This document shows positions 35,743-48,429 of a stretch of DNA of 64,000 nucleotides, one piece after another. The stretch's first letter is position 1, and each line of letters opens with the position of its first letter. Origin of the DNA: Somniosus microcephalus (lineage: Eukaryota); contig CM126207.1 of the NCBI GenBank assembly GCA_052327205.1, forward strand, positions 165,726,001-165,790,000. Direction: 5' to 3'. The position numbers and the translations under genes are program-made. The notes under the pieces are model-generated. The model made no database searches. It was not told where the DNA came from and saw nothing but the letters and a program-made list of their open reading frames with translations.

Positions 35743-36568
35743 GTAAATGTCAGTTGAACTGGAATCGTGGTGTTTACTTGGTGTCCATATTAATACTGCG
35801 CTTAACAAGACATTCTAATAGGGAAATTCTCTGTTTATACAACAGTACAGCTTTCTACTTGTTTATAACGACACGGGCTCAAGAGTAAGGACACTTTCCC
35901 ACTTCCAGAGTCTTTGAAAAGTGTGACAACTGGCCTATATCAAGGTAAGTGAAATCAAGACTGGGTACTAAAATGTTTCGTTCTAATTTTAGCACTAAAT
36001 GTAAGGATGAAAATCTTGTGCTTATTTGAAATGTAATAAACGTTTAAAGACCCAGTGCTTTATTTTGAAAGAAAAGGATAGAAGATTTCCCATTCCGATT
36101 ATTTACGGGATCCAGATAAACTTCCTGAACCGCTGTTCAGTGGAACAGCCGAGACGTAGATGATAACACGGGAACCGTCGTGCAGACATCAACGCTAACA
36201 ACTTATATTTATATTGCATCTTTAACGTAATAAAACCCTTTCGGTCCAAAAGAAGAAAATGTTCGCCATGTAAAAACAGACCTCTGCCTGTATTATTGCA
36301 ACAATTCAAGCGCAACATGGTGCTTATAGATATTAATAATAATAAACCCAATGTTGGCAATCACTATTGTTAAATATAAAAGTGATAGGTGAATAACGAT
36401 GGGTAGGGAATTCGGAAAATAATGCCTCTAGCTGCAGTGCAGAAAACATTAAAATGGGCTCCAGTCAGGGCAAATAAACATTTTCGGTCCAACTACGTTG
36501 CCCTGACTAGGGTACCGGGTAAGGCAAACAAAGAGTTGATTGGTCCATTTTTGATTTTTTTTGTGTAG

Positions 36569-36874
36569 CTGTCCCCGCTCCCCTGAAGATTTTATGCACA
36601 CCATTCAAAGGGGCTTCATCTGTTTCGCTCAGACTCCAGTGCAGTACGGCTGCTTTTTATCCGAAGGACTTTAACCTCACCTGGCATAAAAATGGTACCA
36701 AAATTATGGCGGGATTTAGAACTGAACAGCAGACAAAGACAGAGGGTCTATATGAAAGTGTCAGCTCCTTAGAAGAGACTCAACCAATTGAGCGCGGCAC
36801 AGTTTATACCTGTAAAATATATCATGTTTCGCACTCGATTCCAGCAAATGTCAGCTACACTCTTGGCAACGAAG
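36569..36874 (+). pseudogene. Ig C1-set exon (open frame, phase 1-1)
   Basis: TTTTGTGTAG acceptor; LRLQCSTAAFYPKDFNLTWHKNG..GLYESVSSL..VYTCKIYHVS; GAAG/GTAATA donor; 306 nt. Confidence 0.88.
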
Positions 36875-37159
36875 GTAATATGATCGCGCATCTGCTACTT
36901 TTATGTTGTTTATTCCCAAGGGCATCAAGCTGCCATTGCAGACATCGGACAAATATAAGAAAGAGTGAGGTGTTCACTGCAACTGATTTCCATATGATTA
37001 TGCCATCTTCGAACACCACAATTAGCTCAGAAATGTGTGCAGCAATAATATAGCAGGGGTAATGTGACGAGAAGGATTCAACTAGCGAAACTTAATTTAA
37101 GGGAAGACTGCTAATGGAAGTTTAAACAGGCAAAATACCAACATGTATGGAGTGCTGAA

Positions 37160-37700
37160 AACAGAGGATGTACCTAACAGTGAAGAAGACTGCAGAAAAT
37201 TTCAAGACGATATGGACACCAAGGCAGATTTGGCAGAATCAACTCGGATGAAATTGCATGCAAAGTGGTATGATGTATTAACTTTTGGCAGCAGAAATGA
37301 AAGCGGGTATGCCCTAAATGTAAAATCATTCAAATCAATTAAATAAAACTCCGATTTAGGGTTCAGATTTTAGCAATGAGGACTTAGGGTAATGCTGAGC
37401 CGAAACACATCGACGGCTACACTGCATTCAGAATATTGTGTGTATATTTGGACAATTTACTTTCTGAAGAATGTCAAAAATATAGACACATACAAAATAT
37501 TTTTACTATGGTCGTATCAATGCTGTGGCATTTCAGTTAGAAAGGGAAACAAATAGAGAATGAGGGGCTATATATAACAAATTGAGATGATCGAGATTTT
37601 CAATGAGCTCGACCAGATACATTTAAAAAAAGCTATTTTCTGTTCAACGAATCGCTTACCCGATGGCATAAACTTAACATCATCACCAAAAGGAGAAAGG
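37160..37700 (+). mobile_element. Highly decayed CR1 LINE fragment
   Basis: NSEEDCRKFQDDMD..MKLHAKWYDVLTFG resembles the CR1 RT C-terminal region. Confidence 0.55.
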
Positions 37701-38757
37701 GAGTAGAAATTATTTATTTATAGCGACACCAAGTGTGATGTTCTCCACTGCTGTAAGGAGCAGGACGGTTCATAATTTTCAAGTGTCTCTTGATTCTCTC
37801 TCAATTCCAGCTAGTCTCAGCTAATCTGTTAACAAGAAATGCAATTTTACATCACACACCACAATGGGATCATTTTATATTCACAATAAACAATCTTCGA
37901 GTCCAGCTGAGGTATAAATATGATAGTTGCTTGCCACAACTACCTACTATATTCTCCTTTCTTAAACAAATCTTGATTTTAACCCTACTCAAATTAAAGA
38001 AGTGCCGCTACGGACCATCCACTGAAATTTCCGCGAAAGTACTCCTGCAGGACATAGAGGAATGACATGAAGTGCGACAAATGGCCTTCTTTATGACGTT
38101 AGGTCTGGTGGTCTGACAAACCCTATTTATACTGATCAAAAGTCATCTGAGTCACTTCCAAATTAGCTCTTGCAGCATATCAGATGCCTGAATAAATGTG
38201 CTTTAATTTGTACTATTGCACATTTAGCAGAAAGTTCATAAATGCGACTGATCTGAGAAATAGTAACTCCGAAAACAACAGCTGGAAGGTTCGTCATGGA
38301 AAAAATATGAAGACTTTTAAGCAGTTTACTCTTTTGGAACCAGGAAACGTTAGCAGGTTCTATTTCAATTTAATATTTATCGATTGTGTTCCATTAATTA
38401 GCTGTGATAATCTCTGTTCGATTTGTAAATGAGCTTTTAAAGATTTCTTGTGCTCATGGTGTCTAGCGACGTATTAATTATTCTCTTTTGATTTTATTTA
38501 TATTATCGCTAAAATAAATGAAGACAGACAATCTTTCCAAAGATTTGACGATTTCCTGACACATAACAATCAGAGGAAGTCTTGTCCCAATCTGCTTTAA
38601 TTTTAAAATAATTAAAGTTAAAGCAGTTCTGTCATACAAAACAGAAAGTTATATTCATAAAGCATTAAGTGGAAATTTTTTCATTAGTTGTTGGGAAGAA
38701 AAAATCTCATCCGATTAGTATGGCTTCTGGTAATCATTGATTACCTTATATAATTTC

Positions 38758-38875
38758 GATATTATCACGCTGTTATTCCATTCCACATGATTTATCGATC
38801 CACCGTGGGGATATTGGTAATTATTCTACTAATGATAATCACCCTCCACCACATTAAACCAGATAACTTCTACAG
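38758..38875 (+). pseudogene. Probable transmembrane exon of the Ig receptor gene
   Basis: HMIYRSTVGILVIILLMIITLHH hydrophobic stretch; strong donor CAG/GTAAG at 38875; acceptor AG appears damaged (TAATTTCGAT). Confidence 0.55.
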
Positions 38876-39149
38876 GTAAGATAATTGTATTCTTAAACAA
38901 CATTTGTCAATTGATAACATGGAAAGAGCACAAATGTTAATGAATTGGAGAGATTACTACTCAATAATAACATAATCATGAAAAGCCTGAAACTATGAGA
39001 ACCTCCAGGAAGTGAGATCAGGGCAGCAGTTTAATGCTGATTTAACAGAGCAGTTGAAATCGGCCTTCACTGTATTCTCAGTTCCTCAATGGGTCACGTC
39101 TTATATACAAAAAATGATACAGCAGAGAAAGCGGCAAATTCTGCCCATA

Positions 39150-39750
39150 GATCTGTTGCGGGCTCTTTAAAAATGCTATCCATTTACTCCCAGTCGTCTG
39201 CTCTTTTACCGCAGCCCTGTATTGGATCCCTTTTCAAGTATTTATCCAATTCCACCTTGAAAGTTACGATTGAATCTGCTTCCACTGCCCTTTTAGGCAA
39301 TGCATTCCACATCATAACAACTCGCTGCCTATAATTTCTCGTCATACCACACTGCTTCTTTTGCCAATTATGTAAAATCGTAATTACCTGGTTAACGACC
39401 CTCCTGCCAGTGGAAGAAGTTGCAACTCATGTACTAATTTTGAACACCTCTATTAAATCTCCCATTAGCACTCTCTGCTCTAAGAAGAATGAAGCTAGCT
39501 TCTTTAATCTCTCCACATAACTGAAGCCCCTCATCCCTGGTACCACATTCGCAAGCCTCGTCTGCCCCTTCTGCAAGGCCTTAGCATTCCGGCTAAAGTG
39601 TGGTGTCCAGAATTGTACATATTACTCCAGCTGAGACGCAACCAGTGATTTATAAAGTTTTAGTTTAACTTCCTTGCTTTTGTACTATATGCCTCTAGTT
39701 ATAAAGCCCATGATCCTGTATGATTTTTACCAGCTTCATCAACTGCTCCT
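39150..39750 (-). mobile_element. CR1 LINE 3' fragment
   Basis: Reverse complement gives CR1-type LEYxVQFW and LEKLxxFSLE segments. Confidence 0.65.
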
Positions 39751-40539
39751 GCCACACATCTTTCTCACAAATTCGCTGTGCACCATTCATAACATCCCAA
39801 TTTCTCTATTAAATTTCAGCCTTAACTTATTCTTGGTTTTCAATTATTCTGGACGGAACTCTTTCCAATGCCTAAATTCCATTTCAACTTACAATTCGCT
39901 TCAGGGCATATATTGGTCCAAACGTTCCACAGGGCTACGACCTTTCTTGCACTGTAGATTTGGGGGGTGCGAGTATCGGTGAATAGAATATAAACTTGCA
40001 GAAATTGCGAAAATGTTCATTTGTACCGTTTCCCTTGGAATTATCTTGGTGCCCCACCGATGTAAGGAATGGTGTTACTAGAATCTGATTAACAAACGCT
40101 CCCAAGCATGGGAGTTTGGCAAGGGCTCTCCTAAGTTTGCCGTTTCATTTGAGCAGGAGACTAGGTAAAGAGACCACGAAAAACGATGTACTTATGGTGG
40201 GACAGCGAGAGAGCTCGAGTGGAATATGAAGATCATAATTAAAAATCACATTTCATTGCGATTATACATAGCAATTTTGATTAACGGTTGAATTTAGTCT
40301 TTAACTCGATCTCCCAGGGAAAACCCCACCGGATGGCATGCACAGGGAGAAATGTCCAGAAATTCCTCTCGGGTGGTGGCGCAATATGTGCGGTATTGGA
40401 CCGATCCACTTTTAGACACAGCACCTTATATTCTGTTCCTTTGACTGCAATGGAATTGAATATCAGCTGCCGCGTGTAACAGGCAGCCGATCCGATACCC
40501 GCCATTTGGCGCTATCACCCGAGACGAATTTCTAGGCCT

Positions 40540-43350
40540 TTAGCTTAAGGTTTGGCCAACTTCAAGGAGATCAGACCGAGACTGCCTAAATTAAACAGGG
40601 CAATCTATTAATGTGTCAAAAGACAGAAGATCAGTGGGAGGTGTTCAAAAACGAATTTAGCGTGATATAGAACCAGTTTATACCATTATGGAGCGGTTTA
40701 TACGCCTAAAGAGTGACAAATCCCCCAGACCAGCTGTTTTTCACCCCAGGGTTTAAAAGGAAGTAGATGAGAGCATTGCAAAGGCCGGAAATATTATCGT
40801 ATACATTTGACGCGATTCAAGAACTGTTCCTTTAGATTGGAAAATTGAACATGTCACTCCGCTATTATAAGAACATAAGAACATAAGAAATAGGAGCAGG
40901 ATTAGGCCAATCTGCCCCTCGAGCCTGCTCTACCATTCAATAAGATCGTGGCTGATCTGATCCTAACCTCAAATTTTCTATCCCTCTCCACCCACCTGAA
41001 CCCATGTGATCTCCCGGGAGAGGCGAAAAACCAGATAAATAACCCAATGGCCAATTTGGGTGAAAAAATCTGGGAAATTCCTCTCTGACCCACCTAGGCG
41101 ATCGAAACTCGTCCAGGAGATCACTTTGTCCCTATATTTTCTACAGTACTTACCTTCTGTAAAGGCGATCTCCACCCCAGCCAGAAACAGGAATAAAACC
41201 ATCTCCTGAAATCTAACACAAAATTAGAACACAAGAAGTAGGAGCAGAACCAGGCTACACGGCCCCTGGGCCCACTCCACTACCCACAGGGCCATAACCA
41301 TTCCGAACCTAGACTCATGTCCAATTTCCTGCCCGCTCCCCATAACCCTTAATTCCCTTTACTTCTAGGAAACTATCTATTTCTGTTTTAAATGTATTTA
41401 ATGATGTAGCTTCCACAGCTTTCTGGGGCAGCAAATTCCACAAACCTATCACCCTCTGAGTGAAGAAGTTTCTCCTCATCTCAGTTTTGAAAGAGCAGCC
41501 CCTTATTCTAAGATGATGCCCCCTAGTTCTAGTTTCACCCATTATTGGGAACATCCTCACCGTATCCACCTGATCAAGCCACTTCGCAATCTTATATGTT
41601 TCAATAAGATCGCCTCTCATTCTTCTGAACTCCAATGAGTAGATTCCCAATCTACTCAACCTTTCCTCATATGACCACTCCCTCATCCCCGGGATTAACT
41701 GAGTGAACCTTCTTTGTACTGACTCGAGAGCAAGTATGTCTTTTCTTAAGTATGGACACCAAAACTGTATGCAGTATTCCAGGTGCGCTCTCACCAATAC
41801 CTTGTACAACTGCCGCAATACCTCCCTGTTTTTATATTCTATCCCCCTAGCAATAAAAGCCAACATTCCATTGGCCTTCTTGATCACTTGCTGCGCCTGC
41901 ATACGAACATTTTGAGTTTCGTGCACCAGGACCCCCAGATCCCTTTGTACTACAGTACTTTCCAGTTTCTTGCCATTAAGATAATAGAAAGTTGAGAGAG
42001 GGAACGCACGGTATTCTATACCAGTTAGGCTTACATCTCTTGTCGGAAAATTACTGGAGTCTCTAACTAAGGATAGAGTGACGATGTTCAGCTGATGACA
42101 TATTTGTAAAGGGCAATTGAAGCCTGACGAATCTGATTGAATTAGTTGAAGAAGTGACTGAAGTAGTAAACAATTAATGTCAATGGATGTTATTGATATG
42201 GACATTGAGAAGGCCTTCGATACAATCCTTCATAAGAGATTGCTAGCTAAATTGAAGCTCATGGAAAAGAGGACAAATTATTGACCTGGTTAGGAAATCG
42301 GTTGAGCGGCAGGAGAGAGAGAGCAGGATTCATCGGCAGATAATCTAATTGGCAGGATGTGATGAGTGGCATCCCACAGGAATCTGTGTTGGGTCCTCAA
42401 CTATTCACGACTTAGTTGACGGGATAGAGAGCCACATATCCAAGTTTTCCGATTACAAATAGATAATCGGGATTGTTATCAGTGTAGGTAGAAGCATAAC
42501 ATTACAACGGGATATTAATAGAATAAGTGCATGGGCAAAATTCTGGCAAATGTATTTCAAAATCGCTTAGTGTGAAGTCATACACTTTGGACCTTAAAAG
42601 GATAGAAGAGGGTAAATTCTAAATGGCGAAAAGCTCGAAGCAGTGGAGGCCAAATAGAATTAGGGGTCCATGTACATGGAGCATTAAAATGTCATGGAAT
42701 GGTACATAAAATCATAACGGCTAATGGAATGCTAATTTTTATATCTAGAGGACTAGAATACAAGGGGTTAGAATTCATGCTACAACCATACAAATCCCTG
42801 GTTAGACTACACCTGGAGAACTGTGTTCAGCTCTGGGAACCACATTTTAGGGATGACCAATTTGTCTTGGAGCGAGTGCAACGAAGATTTACCAGCATGA
42901 TACCTGGACTCCAAGGGTTAACTTACAAGGAGCGATTACTCAACATGGGTTTTATTCCGTGGAAATTAGAAGGTTAAGTGTTGATGTCATCGAAGATTTC
43001 AAGATATTATGCGGCACTGATAGGGCAGATAGAGAGAAAATATTTCCGCTGATTGAGATATCTAGGACTAGGGGATACAGCCAAAAATATAGAGCCAGGT
43101 TTTTCAAGAGTGAACTTAAGAAACACTTGTCAACGCAAAGGTTGGAAGATGTTTGTTATTCTGTTCTGCAAATGAGAGCTGATGCTGGTCCAATTGTTAG
43201 TTTTAAATCTGAAATTGATAGCTTGCTCATAACCAAAGGTATTAAGGCCCATGGGGCAAAGACACGTAAAGAATATTATGTCGCATGATCTCACCTGAGT
43301 GCCAGAACAGGCTCGAGGAGCTAAATGGCCTACTCTCTGTTTCCCCTGCG
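40540..43350 (+). mobile_element. Older CR1 LINE split by a younger antisense CR1
   Basis: GATTGGAAAATTGAACATGTCACTCC ends ~40868 and continues ~41985 with YIPVRLTSLVGKLLES; ORFs 42699-42977 and 42959-43288 give the CR1 C-terminus. Confidence 0.75.
40869..41984 (-). mobile_element. Younger CR1 LINE 3' fragment with extended double-tailed 3'UTR
   Basis: Open C-terminal ORF2 (YYLNGKKL..LEYCIQFW..MRRNFFTQRV) ending 41315; (TAAGAACA)n tail at 40869. Confidence 0.85.
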
Positions 43351-46300
43351 TTCTGCCATCTCCTGCCACTGGAGGTCAGGAGAACCTGCGTGAAATTATA
43401 GGACCTTTCTGTCATGAAATTTCAAATCAATTGTACACTGTTCTTAAAGTGAAAAAGTTTGTGGAAGAATAATCCACTGTCACTGATTTTGCCGTCAGTG
43501 GCAAAGGGATGATTCTCACCGTTCGTTCAGTTAACCGCTGCCCATAGAATTTACCTGGGTTTTTGAATGGCAACTTACGGTATTTAGAGATCATTTTCAG
43601 AGCAGTGCCCTCTAAAGGGTATATCGGTGGTATATGGGTCAAGCAACAGCGTGTCTCTTCAATCAGATTGAAGACTCCTAACTGAAGCACGCAGAATCAA
43701 AACAAGGAGGTATCAATTAGAATATTTAATTCAATCAACAATCACATACAGAAAGCGACATAAAGGGAGGGAAATAAATATGAGATTAAGAGAAAGAGAG
43801 AAAAGAGACGGAAAAAAGTTAAACAAATATTTTTTTATAAAAATCTCGAACAATAATTAATTCTGAAGGAATGAAACCCCACACTTATAAAATTAAATCC
43901 TCAGAGACAAAGAGTTTGTTTAGCAGTAATTAAGACTTATCATGCCGTTAAAGATTCTGTTATCCAGAGGCACAGCCCTAACTATTTCTGCTGTGTTACT
44001 TGGGTATGTCAGGCAAATTCTCGCCTTCATGCGTGTATATGTGAATTCTGTTGGCGAGGTAGAGGTGTAGCGAAGCCTATGGTTCCCTTCACCAATACAC
44101 CAAGATATCTCGAAATGAAGTGTGGAATAGAATCCCCGATATAGAGCGGATTTAAAAGATAATGAGTGCCACATTAATCAGACTAAACTAAATATTATAA
44201 ACGATTATAATAATAGACTTTTCAACAGGACGTAATTGGCAGAGTGAGGGAATCGCTGTTTGATTTGACTGTCTGAAATATACAACTAACAGAAGAGATC
44301 GATTATTTCCAGCCGATTGTATGCTGATGAAAGCCAGAGACCTAGAGTGTTCCAAGAATTCAGATGAAAAGGCAATACCAAAGTAGTTAAGAGAGTCACA
44401 GTTTACAACGCCACTGGTTAGGCTGGATCCTGGAAACGGCCGCGATACCATATGTCTTCAATGGGATATGGAATGCACACCAATGGTTGCAGAGAAACTG
44501 ATTTGTCCATAGTTAATAAAAAAGGACAGTCACGGACATTCTGCCAGCGTATGGAAGTTATGCACAATGTGATGCAAGAAGATTTAGATGGGTTTTCTTT
44601 TTATTCTCTATCAGCAAATGTTACTTTTCAGTAAACTGGCTGCTAATGTCACGCCTACACTGAAACGTATATAACAAAATCAGTACTTTAACTGAAAGAA
44701 AATTGATCCAATACATCATTACACTAAAATCAATATACAGCATACCTAAGGGGACTTTGTAACATAGTTACACGGTGAGTATTTTGCGAAGTGTAGTCAG
44801 AAAAGTGGATGACTACGAATAGATTTATGAAATTTCCAAGAAGTAAAAAAGGTAAATGTTAGAACTTCACAAGCCGAAGGGAACACCGCCTTGGAGACGT
44901 TCTCGTATCAATGTTACCCTATTACAGAGACGAGTGGCCTATGGTTTGGAAGCATTGCTATTTATGTGCAAGTAGGGATATAATGCATGTGTCGTTGTTG
45001 GTAAAGCTACAGAATCGTTGAATATTTGGCTAAGGCACACCTCCACGTAGATAAAATGGTATAATACCAGGTTTTTGAATGGCTGAATCTACAATAAATT
45101 TTCATTCAGCATAGTCAACAAGCAGTGCAGTGTTTAATTTCAAAATTGATGTCCCTGCGAGCAACATAGGTACAAATAGTGATGCATAGATTAAAACATT
45201 TAATAAGGGTGTGTCAAGGTATGTGGATTGATTGGGGAATGCCAATTTAAATATGCAGATTAGGTGTAAAAAGTTGAAAGGATGTAATGGGAACAACGTT
45301 ATTAATCAGCAAGTGTCTAGTCAGTAGTCCATCAAATGTTCTAAAATAGTAGGGTAATCATGAAATTTGTTTCCATTGGCATTATATGATTGATCTGACT
45401 GCCTGCGGATGCTACAGGGCAACTAGGTTCCATTTCCTCTCCTTTGAGCCCAGTGAACGCTTAACTCGTGCGCGCAAAATATATGATTAATTGTTAAGGC
45501 TCGTTGGGGGAAATTGTGACTTTTTGTGTTGTCGGAAAACGGACGGATTCATGGAAATAAAAATCGGGAGATATGTACAACGGACGGCTGAGTGGATAAC
45601 GCACATTTTACACTATCAACTCCCTCGGTGGCGAAACACATACTTGGACAGTTTGGGAGTAGGAAAGCTAGCCATCGCTAAAGTCTCATGAGGACATGTT
45701 TTCTAAGCGTGGCTTATGCTGGCTAGAGATTAGAACGTTGAGGGCTTATTTACTGGAACTGTTTAAAATGATCAAGTAATTCGCCAGTGCAGATAGAGAG
45801 CAGGTGCTATTTCCTCTTGTGGAGGAATCTAGAACCAGATAAGGTCTTAAAATCGTCAGACATGCCTGCAACGTTGTATCATGCGTTTTCGTTGTACTAT
45901 CGGTAAATGATTTGCCGTGTATTTCTAGTACTTCCTTTTTTAAGTGAAATTTGAAGCGTGATTTTTTTTCCTGTTTTATTATAGGACGGAAAGCCAGCTT
46001 AGCTAGAAAAAATATTGTGGCCTCACAACTGCCAGTACGTTGGACCATGTGTGAAAAGCCAATAGCTGCATACATCTAACCAGTTACTCAGCCAGCTATT
46101 CTGAGTGCACTGTATTGCAGTGTGTCGGTGCACAGAGGTTGGAGGGGGTGACAGCTAAAGAGCTGTATATTTCGAGGATTGACGGCCAGTTGTGAAGTGG
46201 CTTTGACGCGAAGAAACAGAACGAGATGCTATGGTAATGGAGAAGGCCTGAAATTGGACTTAAATAACTGCAGCTGAATTGTCTTTTGAAAACGATTTAC

Positions 46301-47090
46301 AAGTGCACTTTTTGCGAGGATTCTCCCGATCTCTTGCCTCGGAGATGAGGGAATCCACCGAGATACGGCATACTTCAGAAACTTAGCAAAAATGTTATCT
46401 TTAATATGAAATATCTTCCATATGTTTTCCTGCTAACTTATGATCAAATCAGAAGGTTTTTCCAATAAGTGAATGTCATAACATTTATTAAAATAAGATA
46501 GTGTAGGGACCCTTGTGTTTTTGTGACTATTGTAACTGTAATAAACTTGTCCAAATACCCGCAGCGAAATCGACCTGTGGAAAACCGTTGATAACTGTTC
46601 CTTTATATAAAACATTTCACTATTTTATATATTGGAATACCACTTCTGCTCCAATGTAATGTCATTCAATAAAACGAGCTGTGTTTTTTCCTGTTTTAAA
46701 TATCAACCACTGTTGGGGTCTATGTGAGAAACGCAAACAGGGTCGAACAAAACATCAAGTTTTACTGCTTTAAAAATGAAGACGCCTTGAAAATTTATCG
46801 GCAACAACTGGAATCCAATCGTGAACCCACAGAACACGAGTGCAATCACCAGGCGAATCGACGACGACAATTGGTAACAGCCGTTTTCGCAGTTTTTCTT
46901 TTTACCTTCCCCAGACGTTAGCGGAAAGTATGGTGATAGTCCAACGGGTGTGAAACCCTGGTTAATGACCGGTATGCCTTAATTTTTCTTGCAGGACCTC
47001 AATCTACCCAATTTTCCGTGGGTTTTCCTCCAATCTTCCGCCATAACATTGGTTGGCCGCACGTTGTACTCCTGGCTTGGTTTTCCTTTC

Positions 47091-48115
47091 ATAAGAACAT
47101 ATGAAATAGGAGCAGGGGTAGGTCATTTGGCCCCTGGAGCCTGCTATGCCATTTAATGAGTTCATAGCTGATCTGATCTTTGTCTCAGCTCCATTTCCCT
47201 GCCCCTCCCCATAAGCCTTCACTCACTTATTGTGCAAACATCTATCTACTTCAATATTAAATATATCCAATGACGCAGCTTCCACCGCTCTCTGGGGTAA
47301 AGAATTCCACACATCTACGACCCTCTGAAAGAAGAAATTCCTCCTCTAAATGGGCGACCCCTTATTCTGAAACTATGCCCCTATATCTAGATTGCCCCAT
47401 GAGGGGAAACATCTTCTCTGCATCTACCTGCTCAAGCTTTCTTCACTAGTCAACTCCATCATCTTTGGAATCAATTTCGTGAACCATCTCTGAACTGCCT
47501 CCAACGCAAGAATATCCCTCCTTAAATAAGGACACCAAAACTGTACGCAACACTCCAGGTGTGGTCTCACCAATAACGTGTACAGTTGTAGCAGCACTTC
47601 CCAGCGTTTATACTCCAAACCCCTTGCAATAAAGCCCAACATCCATTTGCCTTCCTGATTACTTGCTGTACCTGCATGCTAACATTTTGTCTTCCATGCA
47701 CAAGGGCCCCCAGGTCCGTCGGTACTGCAGCATTTTGTAATCGCTCTCCATTTAAATAATAATTTGCTATTTTATTTTTCCTACTGAAGTGGATAACCCC
47801 ACATTATGCTCCATCTGCCAAATGTTTGCCCACTCACTTAGCCAGCCTATATCCCTTCATAGGCTCATTGTGTCCTCTTCACAACTTGATTTCCCAACTC
47901 TCTTTGTATCATCAGTAATTTGGGTAACATTGCAGTCGGTCCCTTCATCCAAGTCATTCATATAGATTGTAAATAGCTCAGGCCCCAGCACTGATCCCTG
48001 TGGCACCCCATTAGTTATCTTTGCCAACCAGTAAATTACCCATTCATCCCGACTATGTTTTCTTTTATTTAGCCAAACCTCTATCCGTGCTAATATATTG
48101 CCCCAACCCCAAGCC
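47091..48115 (-). mobile_element. CR1 LINE 3' fragment
   Basis: GVPQGSVLGPELF..DDTK; LVRPHLECCVQFW; TAAGAACA tail. Confidence 0.85.
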
Positions 48116-48429
48116 ACCTGGTTTGATTTTCCTTTCCATTGAAGTCATTAATAAGAAAATGCTGCAGAATATACAATAGCCGGCCGATCTGCTATCGTAA
48201 TTTATACAGTCCAATATGGTAAAATTTCTCCAATGATGGAAAGATGGAAAGAAACCCCGGAGAAATATCTAAAATATTTGATTTCCGGTGGAGCTCAAGA
48301 GGTTTCTCTGATTTTACGCCAATGGTCGGGCACATAGTCGACAATACATAATTTATAACATCGCACCATTCATTAACGTTCAAACAATCTGAAAGGATAA
48401 CATTTACAGAGCGATTGAAATAAAACCTC

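Noticed and set aside
35845-35944. Extra exon between V and C1 (strong CAAG/GTAAGT donor)
   Set aside because: Both candidate acceptors give in-frame stops in phase 1; no recognisable protein content
41000-41125. Hammerhead ribozyme (CTGA..GAAA)
   Set aside because: Core CUGANGA is absent
41315-42205. 296-aa ORF as a host gene
   Set aside because: Chimeric read from the antisense of an old CR1 into the C-terminus of a younger CR1
46724-46921. Possible cytoplasmic exon of the Ig receptor
   Set aside because: No convincing acceptor or signalling motif; cannot be supported
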